Source: Escherichia phage CSP1C
Length of the DNA: 55,550 bases
Sequence record: PQ202980
Strand: one strand, 5' to 3'
The notes under the pieces: generated by a model
The model's input: only the letters and a program-made list of their open reading frames with translations
Databases searched by the model: none
Told to the model about the DNA's origin: nothing
Position numbers and translations under genes: made by a program
Part shown: piece by piece, positions 1-9,778 of the stretch
Layout of the letters: every line of letters starts with the position of its first letter
Numbering within the stretch: the first letter of the stretch is position 1

Positions 1-1416
1 ATGCGTTTCCGTAAGAATGTTGGCGTAGGGTACGGTAAATTCTGGAAGGGTATTATATTCGATCGTGAATATAAAAACCTTGATGACCTTGTAACCAAAT
101 CACAGCGTTGGTTTCCTGAATTTAAAGACGGTGCTAAATTCCTTAGTTCCAAGTCTGATTATAAATGGGTTTGGCCTACTGGGGAAGAATTGCTGTTCCG
201 TGTTGCTTGCAAAGAAAAGGATTATTGGTCTTATCATGGTCACGAATACCCGTTTATCGGATGGAACGAATTAACAAAGTATCCGGACGGGCGTTTGTTT
301 GAAGCAATGATGTCCTGTAACCGTTCATCCTTCCTACCCGAAGATAATCCAATCATCAATCCGGACGGTACTGTCACATATTTACCAGACATTCCTCTGG
401 AAGTATTTGCTACCAGTAACCCGTTTGGTGCGGGGCATAACTGGGTTAAGAAACGCTTCATTGACGCTGCACCGATGGGTAAGATACTCAGGAAAACTAC
501 GCGAGTGTTTAACCCGCGGACGCAGAAAGAGGAAGATGTGGTTACGACGCAATGCCATATCTTCGGATCTTACCGTGAGAACAAAAACCTGAGCCCGAAA
601 TATATTGCAGAGCTTATGTCCATCACAGACCCGAACAAACGCGCTGCATGGTTAGGCGGTAGCTGGGATATCACCTCCGGCGGTATGTTCGATGATCTGT
701 GGCGTAGCACTGTTCATAAAATACGCCCATTCCCAATCCCATCAAGCTGGAAGATTACACGTTCTTTCGACTGGGGTTCTTCAAAACCATTCTCCGTTGG
801 CTGGTGGGCTATTAGTGACGGTTCGGATGTTGTACGTGAAGATGGTACTACCTTCTCTACTGTTCGCGGTGACTTGTTCCGTATTAATGAATGGTACGGC
901 ACTAACGGTAAAACAAACGAAGGCCTACATTTGCTGGACTCAGAGATTGCAAGCGGTATACTGGAGCGGGAATTGGCCTGGGGTATACACGACCGTGTAG
1001 TTCCTGGACCTGCGGATAACTCTATTTGGGATTTGGAGAACAATAACTCTACCGCCGCAACAATGGCGAAGAAAATCCGTCTTAACGGCAAGCTGTATAA
1101 CGGTATCCATTGGAAGAGAAGTGATAAATCTGCTGGGTCGCGTAAACGCGGATGGCAGAAAATGCGTGAGTTTCTTAAAGCTGCATTGCGGGAAGATGCA
1201 AACGGTAAACCTTTGCCGGGACCACGTGAAAATCCAGCAATGTATGTTTTCGATAACTGCAATTATTTCTTTGAACTGGTTCCAAGTCTTCCGCGCGATG
1301 AAGTAGATCAGGACGACGTTGATACGGAATGTGAAGACCATATGGGCGATGAAGTACGTTATATGGTTCTGGATCAAGCTGTTTATACAGGTGTTGGTAA
1401 AACTATCGGTATTTAA
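1..1416 (+). CDS. terL: terminase large subunit, C-terminal portion (5' partial in window; N-terminus at 55434..55550)
   Basis: Long ORF in frame from position 1, immediately upstream of portal. Window ends exactly 39 codons after an ATG at 55434 whose product carries Walker A GTRGPGKT, in frame with position 1. Confidence 0.75.
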   Translation: MRFRKNVGVGYGKFWKGIIFDREYKNLDDLVTKSQRWFPEFKDGAKFLSSKSDYKWVWPTGEELLFRVACKEKDYWSYHGHEYPFIGWNELTKYPDGRLFEAMMSCNRSSFLPEDNPIINPDGTVTYLPDIPLEVFATSNPFGAGHNWVKKRFIDAAPMGKILRKTTRVFNPRTQKEEDVVTTQCHIFGSYRENKNLSPKYIAELMSITDPNKRAAWLGGSWDITSGGMFDDLWRSTVHKIRPFPIPSSWKITRSFDWGSSKPFSVGWWAISDGSDVVREDGTTFSTVRGDLFRINEWYGTNGKTNEGLHLLDSEIASGILERELAWGIHDRVVPGPADNSIWDLENNNSTAATMAKKIRLNGKLYNGIHWKRSDKSAGSRKRGWQKMREFLKAALREDANGKPLPGPRENPAMYVFDNCNYFFELVPSLPRDEVDQDDVDTECEDHMGDEVRYMVLDQAVYTGVGKTIGI

Positions 1417-1427
1417 CTGGAGGGTAT

Positions 1428-2924
1428 ATGGGTATTGATGCAACTCACCCGCTATATGACAAGTGGAAGGATGCATGGGTTAAGTGCAACGACTGCTATG
1501 AGGGTGAAGATAAAATTAAGGAAGAAGGTGTTAAATATCTACCACCTTTAGCTTCCATGATTATTGATGGGATGAATAATCCTAATGATTTGGGCTTTCA
1601 ACGTTGGCTCGCTTATCGTCTGCGTGCTAACTTCCCTGACGATTATTCAAGTGCTGTCACAAACAATTTAGGTCTGTTGCACCAGAAGCCTCCTACAATC
1701 CAGCTTCCCCCTGAAATGGAATACATGCGGGAGCTGTGTACTGCGGATGGTGAAGACATTATTGCTCTGCTACGTCGCATCAACGAAATGCAGTTAAAAA
1801 ATGGACGTTTGGGCCTGCTGCTGGACTTGCCAAAAGGTGAGGATGTAAATAACAGACCGTATATTAGCGTTTATGATGCTTTATCCATTATCAACTGGGA
1901 TGATGGTAAAGATGAATTAGGCAATATCAACTTGAACATGGTTGTTCTGGATGAAAGCGGGCCTGTACGTGTCAATCAGTTTGACTGGAAAGAAGAGAAG
2001 CGTTATCGCGTCCTGCAATTAGGCCCGATGGACACAGATGAAGTTGCAGGTGGAGCGGTCTACTCCCAGCATTTATTTATCAACAATACCAATTATGATG
2101 AAGGGCAAATGATTGCTCCTTATTATAAAGGTAATACGCTGGACGAAATACCTTTCCAGTTTGTTAATACGACAGATATTACACCAGCACCGGAAGCGCC
2201 TCCATTGTTGGGGCTAGCTAACATCTGCCTAAGCATGTACCGAAGCGACGCTGATTACCGTCAAAGTCTGCATATGCAGGGTCAGGACACGTTAGTTGTT
2301 GTTGGTGGCTTGGGTGAGAATGGAGATAAAGCCCCTCAGCGCATCGGTCCCGGAGCGGTCATTAACGTTGCTCTTGGGGGTGACGCTAAATATGTAGGCG
2401 TTAGCGGTGATGGTTTGTCCGAGCAACGCCTTGCATTGGCAGCGGATAAGCAGGAAGCTCAGATTAAAGCTGGGCAGATGGTAAACAACACCAAGAGCAC
2501 GCAGGAGTCAGGCGAAGCTATGAAAACGCGTATTGCTGCGCGTACCGCTAGCCTGATTCGAATTGCGTATACTGGTGCGGCAGGTTTGGAAAACTTGCTG
2601 AAGGTCTGCGCTAAATGGATGGGTGCTGATCCAGAGAAAGTTGTGGTTAAGCCTAATCTTGAATTTACCAAGAGCATGTTTAACGGTCAGGACTTTGTTC
2701 AAATTATTACTGCACGCAACCTTAAGGCCCCGATCAGCTTGCAGTCTATTCATGGCTGGCTTGTTGATCAGGGCTTGACCACACTAAGCTTTGAAGAAGA
2801 AATGGCAATTCTTGAAGAAGAGCTTAAGAAGTGGCCTCTGCCCGATGATGCTAAAGCTGATTTAAACGCAGAGCAGCAAGTAAACAAAGATCCTAAGGAA
2901 GACGACGCTTCCGATAAAGAATAG
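1428..2924 (+). CDS. portal protein
   Basis: 498 aa ORF directly after terL, SD GGAGGG upstream; size and position typical of portal. Confidence 0.75.
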   Translation: MGIDATHPLYDKWKDAWVKCNDCYEGEDKIKEEGVKYLPPLASMIIDGMNNPNDLGFQRWLAYRLRANFPDDYSSAVTNNLGLLHQKPPTIQLPPEMEYMRELCTADGEDIIALLRRINEMQLKNGRLGLLLDLPKGEDVNNRPYISVYDALSIINWDDGKDELGNINLNMVVLDESGPVRVNQFDWKEEKRYRVLQLGPMDTDEVAGGAVYSQHLFINNTNYDEGQMIAPYYKGNTLDEIPFQFVNTTDITPAPEAPPLLGLANICLSMYRSDADYRQSLHMQGQDTLVVVGGLGENGDKAPQRIGPGAVINVALGGDAKYVGVSGDGLSEQRLALAADKQEAQIKAGQMVNNTKSTQESGEAMKTRIAARTASLIRIAYTGAAGLENLLKVCAKWMGADPEKVVVKPNLEFTKSMFNGQDFVQIITARNLKAPISLQSIHGWLVDQGLTTLSFEEEMAILEEELKKWPLPDDAKADLNAEQQVNKDPKEDDASDKE

Positions 2925-3019
2925 TTGCAACTTCCAAATTGATTGGTTTATATTAACGAACACGGGGCTGGGACGGCTCAGCCCCAAAAACGTCACACGG
3001 GTGACAACGGAGATAAGAA

Positions 3020-3892
3020 ATGAAAAAGAGTTCTGTAGCTATTAATGTTGGTATGGCTTTAATTAATCCACGCGCTCGCGGTGAAGGTGATGTGGAACTG
3101 GAATACGAATATGCATCTGCGGAAGAGATTCCGGCAGAGTTTGCTGCTCTTTACGCAGAGCAGGGCGGTAAATACGTTCTTGCAAAAGTTAAAGGTGTAG
3201 CCCCTGCTGATAGCGTTCGTCGTCTGGAAAGTGCGTTAGCTAAAGAACGTAACGACCATCGTCAGGTGAAGCAACAGATTAGCGCACTTGGGCGTCCGGT
3301 TGAAGAAGTCCTTGCGGACCTTGATCGTATCCCTCAACTGGAAGCTGCCGCTAACGGTAAAGGTACTCCGGAAGACATCGAAAAGATGGTTAAAGCCCGT
3401 CTTGCTCCACTCGAGCGTCAATTGCAAACTGTAGCAGCTGAACGCGATTCCGTTAAACAGGAAATTGAAGGCTACCGCACTCGCGAAACTAAAGCGAAGA
3501 TTAAAGATGCAGTTATTGCCGCTGCTTCTGGTGCTAAATTGCGTCCATCCGCTATCGAAGACGCTGTAACTTATGCACAGTTGCAGATGACCGTCGACGA
3601 GAACGGCAATGTGGTTACGAAAGATGGGGCTGGTGTAACTCCTTACCTGACTCCGGCTGACTGGCTGAACGAAATCCTTCCGAAACGTCCGCACTGGGTT
3701 GAAGGATCTGCTGGTGGTGGTGCATCTGGTCCGGGCGCTGGTGGCCATCACGGTGAAGATCCATACAGCCACGACGGTTGGAACATCTCTAAGCAGATGA
3801 ACCTCTGGAAAACTAACCAATCTTTAGCTAAACGTTTAGCTGAAAAGAATGGCGTAGACCCGCTGAAGCCTGTACGTCCTGCTAAGAAATAA
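3020..3892 (+). CDS. putative scaffolding / head morphogenesis protein
   Basis: 290 aa, charged and helical with Gly-rich C-terminus, between portal and major capsid gene; SD GGAG. Confidence 0.4.
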   Translation: MKKSSVAINVGMALINPRARGEGDVELEYEYASAEEIPAEFAALYAEQGGKYVLAKVKGVAPADSVRRLESALAKERNDHRQVKQQISALGRPVEEVLADLDRIPQLEAAANGKGTPEDIEKMVKARLAPLERQLQTVAAERDSVKQEIEGYRTRETKAKIKDAVIAAASGAKLRPSAIEDAVTYAQLQMTVDENGNVVTKDGAGVTPYLTPADWLNEILPKRPHWVEGSAGGGASGPGAGGHHGEDPYSHDGWNISKQMNLWKTNQSLAKRLAEKNGVDPLKPVRPAKK

Positions 3893-4014
3893 GTTGACAT
3901 CCCGACGTCCCTGATGTTAAGTTTCAACACATCAGGGACACGGGTTCCTAAACAGCCTTCCACGGGGAAAGGCTACCAACAGTAAACAAATCAATCCTTT
4001 TCCTGGAGACAAGT

Positions 4015-5076
4015 ATGTCTAAATCTAAAATTATTCTACCATTTGGTCGTGGTGAAACTGACCTGACTCGTTTGAAGGATGTCATTGTCCCTGAGATCTT
4101 CACTGGTTATGTGCAGACGCAGACCGCTGAACTTTCTGCCCTGATCCAATCCGGTGCGGTTGTAATGGACGAGCGTTTATCTGCTAACCTTGCTGGTGCA
4201 GGTTTGACTTTTAACGAGCCGTTCTATAATGACCTGAAAGACGAAGACGAAGATATTGCGATCGATAAAGGTGCTCCGTCCAAACCGTCAAACATCACTA
4301 CCGGATCTGAAGTTCAGGTTCGTATGAGTCGCTCAAAATCCTGGGGTTCTGCGGATCTGGTATCTGCTTTGATTGGTAACGACCCAATGACCGCTATCGG
4401 TAATCGCGTGTCTGCGTGGTGGGTTCGCCGTCTGCAAGCTGCATACATTGCAACCTGGAAAGGTGTATTTGCTAATGCCAAGAAATCCCATTCGGACGAT
4501 CTGACGTTCGATATTTCCGGTTCTTCATTTGTAAACAACCAGACCAACTTTACCGCGTCTAACTTCATCAACGCAACTGCAACGATGGGTGATGCTGCTC
4601 GTGGTCTGACCATGATTATGGTACACTCTACCGTTCGTAATCGTATGCGTCAGCTGAACCTGATCGACTTCATTCCGGATGCTCGCGGTGAAACTCAGTT
4701 CGAGTATTATCAGGGTTTGCGTATTATTGAAGACGACTCCATGCCGCACGATCCGTCTACTGGTATCTTTGAAAGCTGGCTGTTCGGCCCGGGCGCGACT
4801 GCAATGGGTGCTGGTTCACCAAAAGTTCCGACCGCTGTGGTTCGTGACGAAGCTGCTAACAATGGCGCTGGTGAAGAAGTTCTTCACAACCGTGTTGAAT
4901 GGATTCTGCATCCGGTCGGTCATGCTTGGGCTGCTGCCCAAACTGCTAAAGGTGGTCCGTCTAACGCTGCTACCACTAACAACCTGGCCCATGAAGATTC
5001 CTGGCGTCGTGCGTTCCCTGAGCGCAAGCAGCTTAAAGTCGCACGCCTGATCACTCGTGAGTATCAGGGTTCCTAA
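4015..5076 (+). CDS. major capsid protein (HK97-fold type)
   Basis: 353 aa ORF with SD GGAG, followed by a strong terminator; position after portal/scaffold. Confidence 0.7.
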   Translation: MSKSKIILPFGRGETDLTRLKDVIVPEIFTGYVQTQTAELSALIQSGAVVMDERLSANLAGAGLTFNEPFYNDLKDEDEDIAIDKGAPSKPSNITTGSEVQVRMSRSKSWGSADLVSALIGNDPMTAIGNRVSAWWVRRLQAAYIATWKGVFANAKKSHSDDLTFDISGSSFVNNQTNFTASNFINATATMGDAARGLTMIMVHSTVRNRMRQLNLIDFIPDARGETQFEYYQGLRIIEDDSMPHDPSTGIFESWLFGPGATAMGAGSPKVPTAVVRDEAANNGAGEEVLHNRVEWILHPVGHAWAAAQTAKGGPSNAATTNNLAHEDSWRRAFPERKQLKVARLITREYQGS

Positions 5077-5107
5077 GGCTTCACTCAACGCCGCGCTGTA
5101 GTATTTT

Positions 5108-5133
5108 GGGGACATTTATGTCCCCTCTTTTTT
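5108..5133 (+). terminator. rho-independent terminator after major capsid gene
   Basis: GGGGACAT..ATGTCCCC stem followed by TCTTTTTT. Confidence 0.7.
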
Positions 5134-5145
5134 AGGAGAACAACC

Positions 5146-5469
5146 ATGCGTTATCAACGTTATGAACGACATGACTTGATGGAAAAATCGTTGCAGGTGG
5201 AGCCAATTTCGATTACTCTCGATCCTGCTAAGATTGACACCACAACTTCAGAAGTAAAGACGGTTACTGTTAAAATAAACTTTGTCCCAGGCGGAACTAC
5301 AAACAAAGCGTATAGCGCGTCAGTTGACGGTTCCTCTGCTACAATTAAAGACAACGGGGACGGTACAATTACCGTGACCACAACCGCAAGCAGTGGTACT
5401 TCAAACTTGACAGTAACGTCCAAGGCAAAGGATAGTGTTACTGGTACATGTGTTATTAATGTGACCTAA
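5146..5469 (+). CDS. Ig-like (Big_2-type) domain protein, possible capsid decoration protein
   Basis: 107 aa, Thr/Ser/Val-rich beta-strand pattern (TVTVKINF..GTITVTTTASSG..LTVTSKA) typical of bacterial Ig-like domains; SD AGGAGA. Confidence 0.5.
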   Translation: MRYQRYERHDLMEKSLQVEPISITLDPAKIDTTTSEVKTVTVKINFVPGGTTNKAYSASVDGSSATIKDNGDGTITVTTTASSGTSNLTVTSKAKDSVTGTCVINVT

Positions 5470-5486
5470 AAAATAAGGATTAAACA

Positions 5487-6140
5487 ATGAAGACATTAAT
5501 TGAAGCATTGTTAGAACTTGATCCGGATAACCCGAATCATTGGACTAGCGACGGTCTACCTAAAGTTGACGCTCTGCGTTTCGCTACTGCTAACCCGTCT
5601 TTAACCCGCGACGATATTACAACTGCTGCTCCGCTGTTTACCCGCGATAACCGCGTGCTGGAAGAGCCAGAGGCAGTGGAACCTGTTAAATCTGCTGATC
5701 CAGTTTTACATGAAGCTGTCAAACAGGAGAAAGCTCATGAAGAACAAAAGAAAGTCGCGGTTGCAACGATGCAAATCGAAGTTAAGATTAGCGAAGCACT
5801 GCGTGCTCTTCTGGAGCCGGAAAAAATCGGTGACACTTCCAGCCTAAGCGATGAAGAGCTAAAAGCGAAGCGTGAAAAGCTTAGCAATGTGGTTAAAGAG
5901 ATTGCCCACACTAAGCACGCGCTGGAGCTCGCTATTGCAGACGTTCAAGCGGATCTGGATAAGATTATCGTTGAGCAGGAAAGTCGTCGTCCTAAGTCCG
6001 GTCTTACTGCAACTCAGATGTATCTCGAGGCGCAGAAAAAACGTAAACCTGAAGACATGCTTTCTGACCATCGCTTCCAGAACCCTATTGACGATCCGGT
6101 TGCCCGTATGGTTGCACGTAATATGATGCGTCGAGGTTAA
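5487..6140 (+). CDS. hypothetical head-associated protein
   Basis: 217 aa ORF with SD AAGGA, located in head module. Confidence 0.45.
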   Translation: MKTLIEALLELDPDNPNHWTSDGLPKVDALRFATANPSLTRDDITTAAPLFTRDNRVLEEPEAVEPVKSADPVLHEAVKQEKAHEEQKKVAVATMQIEVKISEALRALLEPEKIGDTSSLSDEELKAKREKLSNVVKEIAHTKHALELAIADVQADLDKIIVEQESRRPKSGLTATQMYLEAQKKRKPEDMLSDHRFQNPIDDPVARMVARNMMRRG

Positions 6141-6278
6141 TCATGGAAATGAGCCATAGACAATATGTGTTGTGGCTCCTCCGACGTAATAGAAAACGGC
6201 GTCAAGAAGACGCCGTTTCTGTTCCTGAAGAAGAGCTCCCGCCACTTATCCCTACAACCATCGCAATGAGGAAGAAAG

Positions 6279-6785
6279 ATGGAGATTCCACTGATAGTTG
6301 AAGATGGTACTGGTGTACCGGACGCCAACAGTTATGTGACCATTGAACAAGTCCGCATGTATGCCGCAATGCGAGGTATTGTACTTCCAAGTGAAGATGA
6401 AGATCTAAAGACAAGGATCTTCGACGCTATGGATTTTGTGGAAGGGTACGGTCAACGGTTTAAGGGTTATAAAATGGACCCACAGCAACCGCTAAATTGG
6501 CCACGCTACGGGGTGTTTGTGGATGGGTTCGAGCTACCCCAAAGCCCCTTACCAAAGGCGCTTATAAACGCTGTTTGCCAGCTTACAGCGGACTCAGCTA
6601 CTGGTGGTCCTCTTAATGGGAAAACTACTGCATATGCAGTCAAAAGAACTAAAGTAGAAGGTCTTGAGATTGAATATGCAACTGGTAGCACAGCACAGTC
6701 AGGTCCAGCAAAAACATATGATAAAGCTATGACGTTTTTATCACCTTTGCTGGGTTATCAAATGGGTAACAGATTAATACGGTGA
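6279..6785 (+). CDS. putative head-tail adaptor / connector protein
   Basis: 168 aa ORF, SD GAGGAAG, position between head and tail genes. Confidence 0.4.
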   Translation: MEIPLIVEDGTGVPDANSYVTIEQVRMYAAMRGIVLPSEDEDLKTRIFDAMDFVEGYGQRFKGYKMDPQQPLNWPRYGVFVDGFELPQSPLPKALINAVCQLTADSATGGPLNGKTTAYAVKRTKVEGLEIEYATGSTAQSGPAKTYDKAMTFLSPLLGYQMGNRLIR

Positions 6786-6788
6786 TTT

Positions 6789-7169
6789 ATGAGCTTTCCT
6801 TATGAGCAGTTAGTTGAAGCTGCAAAGCAAATGATCAACGACGCTGGCGTGAACTGTACCCTTGTGGTCATGGAAAAAGGTGAAGGTCAAGATGAGTGGG
6901 ACGATCCTAGTGTTGAAAAACGTTACCCATTTATCGGAGCTTTTCTTTCTCCGAAGGAAAAAATGATCGGTGGGAGCCTTGTTGCTACTGGCGAATTGAA
7001 AGTCTTAACCTATCCGATGACTCCACCATTGACACGAGATAAAGCAATGACTGCACGCATTGAACGTATGTCTCCTGATGGTGAGTTGGAAGTATGGACA
7101 ATTAACGAGTTCGTTGATACAAGACCTGCTAATGTTTCTGTTCTTTATACTTTCAAGGTGACGCGATAA
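6789..7169 (+). CDS. putative head closure / connector protein
   Basis: 126 aa ORF tightly packed in the connector gene run. Confidence 0.4.
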   Translation: MSFPYEQLVEAAKQMINDAGVNCTLVVMEKGEGQDEWDDPSVEKRYPFIGAFLSPKEKMIGGSLVATGELKVLTYPMTPPLTRDKAMTARIERMSPDGELEVWTINEFVDTRPANVSVLYTFKVTR

Positions 7170-7576
7170 TGGGATTCGGGGCGGATATACGGCGTGCAAG
7201 TCAAAAGGTGCTTGTCCGGACTGGGGAGCAAGCCAAAAAGGTTGTTGTCAAGTTCACGGAGAATGTAATTCAGGATACTCCTGTTAAGACCGGACGTACA
7301 AAAGGCGGTTGGCGTTCATCCATTGGTGCACCATATGCGACGGAAACTATCCGCCTCGATCCTACTGGGGAATTAGCTAAAGCGGAAGCTAGGGTTATCG
7401 TAAGACAGTTGCCAGATGATAAAGACTGGACTTTCTACTTTAGCAACTTAACCCCGTATGCTCCGAAACTTGAATATCTTGGTTGGTCGCAGCAAGCGCC
7501 AAATGGCATGGTGCGTATTAACGTAGCGAAGCTACCAATGTTGATACGCCAAGCTATTGTAGAAGGAAAACTATAA
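7169..7576 (+). CDS. HK97 gp10-like neck / tail completion protein
   Basis: Motif DTPVKTGRTKGGW resembles the HK97 gp10 family signature; start overlaps upstream stop (TAATG). Confidence 0.5.
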   Translation: MGFGADIRRASQKVLVRTGEQAKKVVVKFTENVIQDTPVKTGRTKGGWRSSIGAPYATETIRLDPTGELAKAEARVIVRQLPDDKDWTFYFSNLTPYAPKLEYLGWSQQAPNGMVRINVAKLPMLIRQAIVEGKL

Positions 7577-8025
7577 TGCTGGGATACGATTTTATCAATG
7601 ACGCATTTAATAAGATGCTACGCGAAGCCGTTGGACCGGATATAGGTATAGCGTGGAAGAACAAGAAGTTTACACCTAAAGCGAATCAGATGTGGTTAAA
7701 GGCAATCAATGCACCTGCATCTACATACGCGGCAACGTTAGGTGACAACGGTCTGAATGAAATTCCAGGATTCTATCAAGTTACAGTGTACAGTCCGTTA
7801 AACACTGGAACGTCTAAACAGAATCAAATCTTGGATTCCATTCGGAAAAAGTTTAAACTGGGCTTGCGTATCCCGTGCCCGGATGACCACACGATACGAA
7901 TTGTCAGCTTAGACTTTTCGCAGGGTGGACAAACTTCGCTGAATGATTTTACCAGAGGCGGGGTTGAAGACAACTGGGACGTTAACTTTATTACAATCTA
8001 TTGGTCGGCTCGTGAGCCGAGGTAA
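7576..8025 (+). CDS. putative tail terminator protein
   Basis: 149 aa ORF immediately upstream of major tail protein; start overlaps previous stop. Confidence 0.4.
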   Translation: MLGYDFINDAFNKMLREAVGPDIGIAWKNKKFTPKANQMWLKAINAPASTYAATLGDNGLNEIPGFYQVTVYSPLNTGTSKQNQILDSIRKKFKLGLRIPCPDDHTIRIVSLDFSQGGQTSLNDFTRGGVEDNWDVNFITIYWSAREPR

Positions 8026-8039
8026 GAGAGGATCTAAAT

Positions 8040-8963
8040 ATGGCTACAGGTTCACGTTATTCGTGTTATTACGTCAAAGAAGATGTGAGCAACACAACTC
8101 CAGCAAGCGCGAAGTTTACCCCGTTTCGTGTAACGAGTTCCGGTCTGGATATTAACATTGCGACGCTGGAGTCTGAAGAACTGCGTGATGACGCAGAAAC
8201 CGCAGACTTCCGTCTTGGCGCTCGAAGCGTTGAAGGTACGGTAACAGGCGAAATGTCCTTCGGTACGTTTGACGACCTCATTGCGGCAGCACTGCGCGGT
8301 GAATGGCAGGACAACGTCCTTAAAGGTGGTATTGTTCGCCAGTCATTTACTTTTGTAGACTATAACGCAGATCTGCCATCAGGTAAATACACAATCTATC
8401 GCGGTTGTGAAGTTAACAGCATGACTTTCTCATTGTCTGCTGAAAACATGACCACAGTAGAGTTCGGCATTGTTGGTCGCTCGATGGAAATTGCTGAATC
8501 ACTTCCTGCTGGTGCTTCCATCAAAGCTCGTACAACTTCTTCACCGATGGACGGCTTCTCCGGTCGCTTGCTGGAAGGCGGTCAGGAAATTAGCGTTATT
8601 ACGGAAATCGGTCTTACCGTTGAAAACGATATCTCTCCGCGCTTCGTTGTTGGCTCGAAGTTCTCCATTGAACCGTCTGCTGGTCGCCGTGCTGTAACTG
8701 GTACAGCTAACGTTTACTTCCTGGATAACAAACTGCGTAAGAAGTATCTGGATGAAGTGGAAACTTCAATCAAGTTTGATCTGATTGACCCAAGCAATCC
8801 GCAACAAAAATACACTGTGGAAATCCCTCGCGTGAAATTCACAGAGGCTCCGCGTCCTATTGACGGTGAAGGCGATATCATGCTTAATATGGGCTACCGC
8901 GGATTGCTGGACCCAACAACCGCAAGTTCCATCAAAATTACCCGCGTTTTAGCGGCAGCATAA
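8040..8963 (+). CDS. major tail (tube) protein
   Basis: 307 aa ORF directly upstream of chaperone and tape measure genes. Confidence 0.6.
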   Translation: MATGSRYSCYYVKEDVSNTTPASAKFTPFRVTSSGLDINIATLESEELRDDAETADFRLGARSVEGTVTGEMSFGTFDDLIAAALRGEWQDNVLKGGIVRQSFTFVDYNADLPSGKYTIYRGCEVNSMTFSLSAENMTTVEFGIVGRSMEIAESLPAGASIKARTTSSPMDGFSGRLLEGGQEISVITEIGLTVENDISPRFVVGSKFSIEPSAGRRAVTGTANVYFLDNKLRKKYLDEVETSIKFDLIDPSNPQQKYTVEIPRVKFTEAPRPIDGEGDIMLNMGYRGLLDPTTASSIKITRVLAAA

Positions 8964-8972
8964 GGATAAGAA

Positions 8973-9380
8973 ATGACCGACACCAAAAAAGCCAAAGTTG
9001 CAGTAGCTAAAAGCTTCCGTGATTTTAAAACTGTGAGCCGGGCAAATGATCCGGCAAACACTAAGCCTATGAATGTGGTTATTCCTGGTGTAGGCGACAC
9101 TGGCGAAAAACTCTACATTCGTAGCCGTTACTGCACAGAGTATCGTGACGCAGAATTGAAAGCACAACGTCAACTGTTGGCACTTATGCAGGGTAAAGAC
9201 GGGGAAGTAACGGATGCTATGAAGGAAGACATCCTTACCCGTTCACTGTGTAATCTTGTAGCAGGTTGGACGTTTGACGAGCCTCCAACCGTTGACAACG
9301 TGTTTGAGTTCTTAACGGAGAACCCAACTGTCCGAGAAGACCTTAACGTATTTGCCGCTAAAGATAGTAATTTTTTCTAA
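8973..9380 (+). CDS. tail assembly chaperone (G-like)
   Basis: 135 aa ORF between major tail and tape measure; ends ...AAT TTT TTC TAA with slippery heptamer T_TTT_TTC. Confidence 0.6.
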   Translation: MTDTKKAKVAVAKSFRDFKTVSRANDPANTKPMNVVIPGVGDTGEKLYIRSRYCTEYRDAELKAQRQLLALMQGKDGEVTDAMKEDILTRSLCNLVAGWTFDEPPTVDNVFEFLTENPTVREDLNVFAAKDSNFF

Positions 9381-9778
9381 AAGCGCGCAGACAGTTAATT
9401 GATAAGAAGATCCTCCAATGGGAACTAAATAGTAAAGTCCCCGGCGGGGGATCTTCTTTATTATCGCAACTGCAAAAGGTTGAGGAACAGTCTGGTAAGA
9501 CGCCACCTAAGCTTAAAGAATATCGGGAAAAGGAAATACCGATTTGCTTCGAATATCTATCTACTTTATTTGATGATATCTACACTGGAGGAGATTTTAG
9601 TTATACAGAATTGCACAGCTATCAAGTGACAATGGGCTTACATCTTCAACCGTACGAATGCGAAATACTGCGGCAGCTATGGCTTGAAAAGCGCGTGTCA
9701 GAAGCTGAACAAAATGCTAAACTCATGGAAAGTCAAATGCAAAATCAAAATAAAGGTAGAAGAAAAAGGAGAAGATAA
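9371..9778 (+). CDS. tail assembly chaperone -1 frameshift extension (GT-like C-terminal part, no own start codon)
   Basis: Open -1 frame of about 135 codons with no ATG, starting at the slippery site and ending at TAA overlapping the tape-measure ATG (TAATG). Confidence 0.55.
   Translation, partial: FFLKARRQLIDKKILQWELNSKVPGGGSSLLSQLQKVEEQSGKTPPKLKEYREKEIPICFEYLSTLFDDIYTGGDFSYTELHSYQVTMGLHLQPYECEILRQLWLEKRVSEAEQNAKLMESQMQNQNKGRRKRRR

Noticed and set aside
714-1476. Antisense ORFs 714..1262 (-) and 940..1476 (-) inside terL, and similar antisense ORFs inside portal, scaffold, capsid, tape measure, fibre, polymerase, helicase and primase genes
   Set aside because: Fully nested on the opposite strand of long, well-supported genes; no RBS or module logic.
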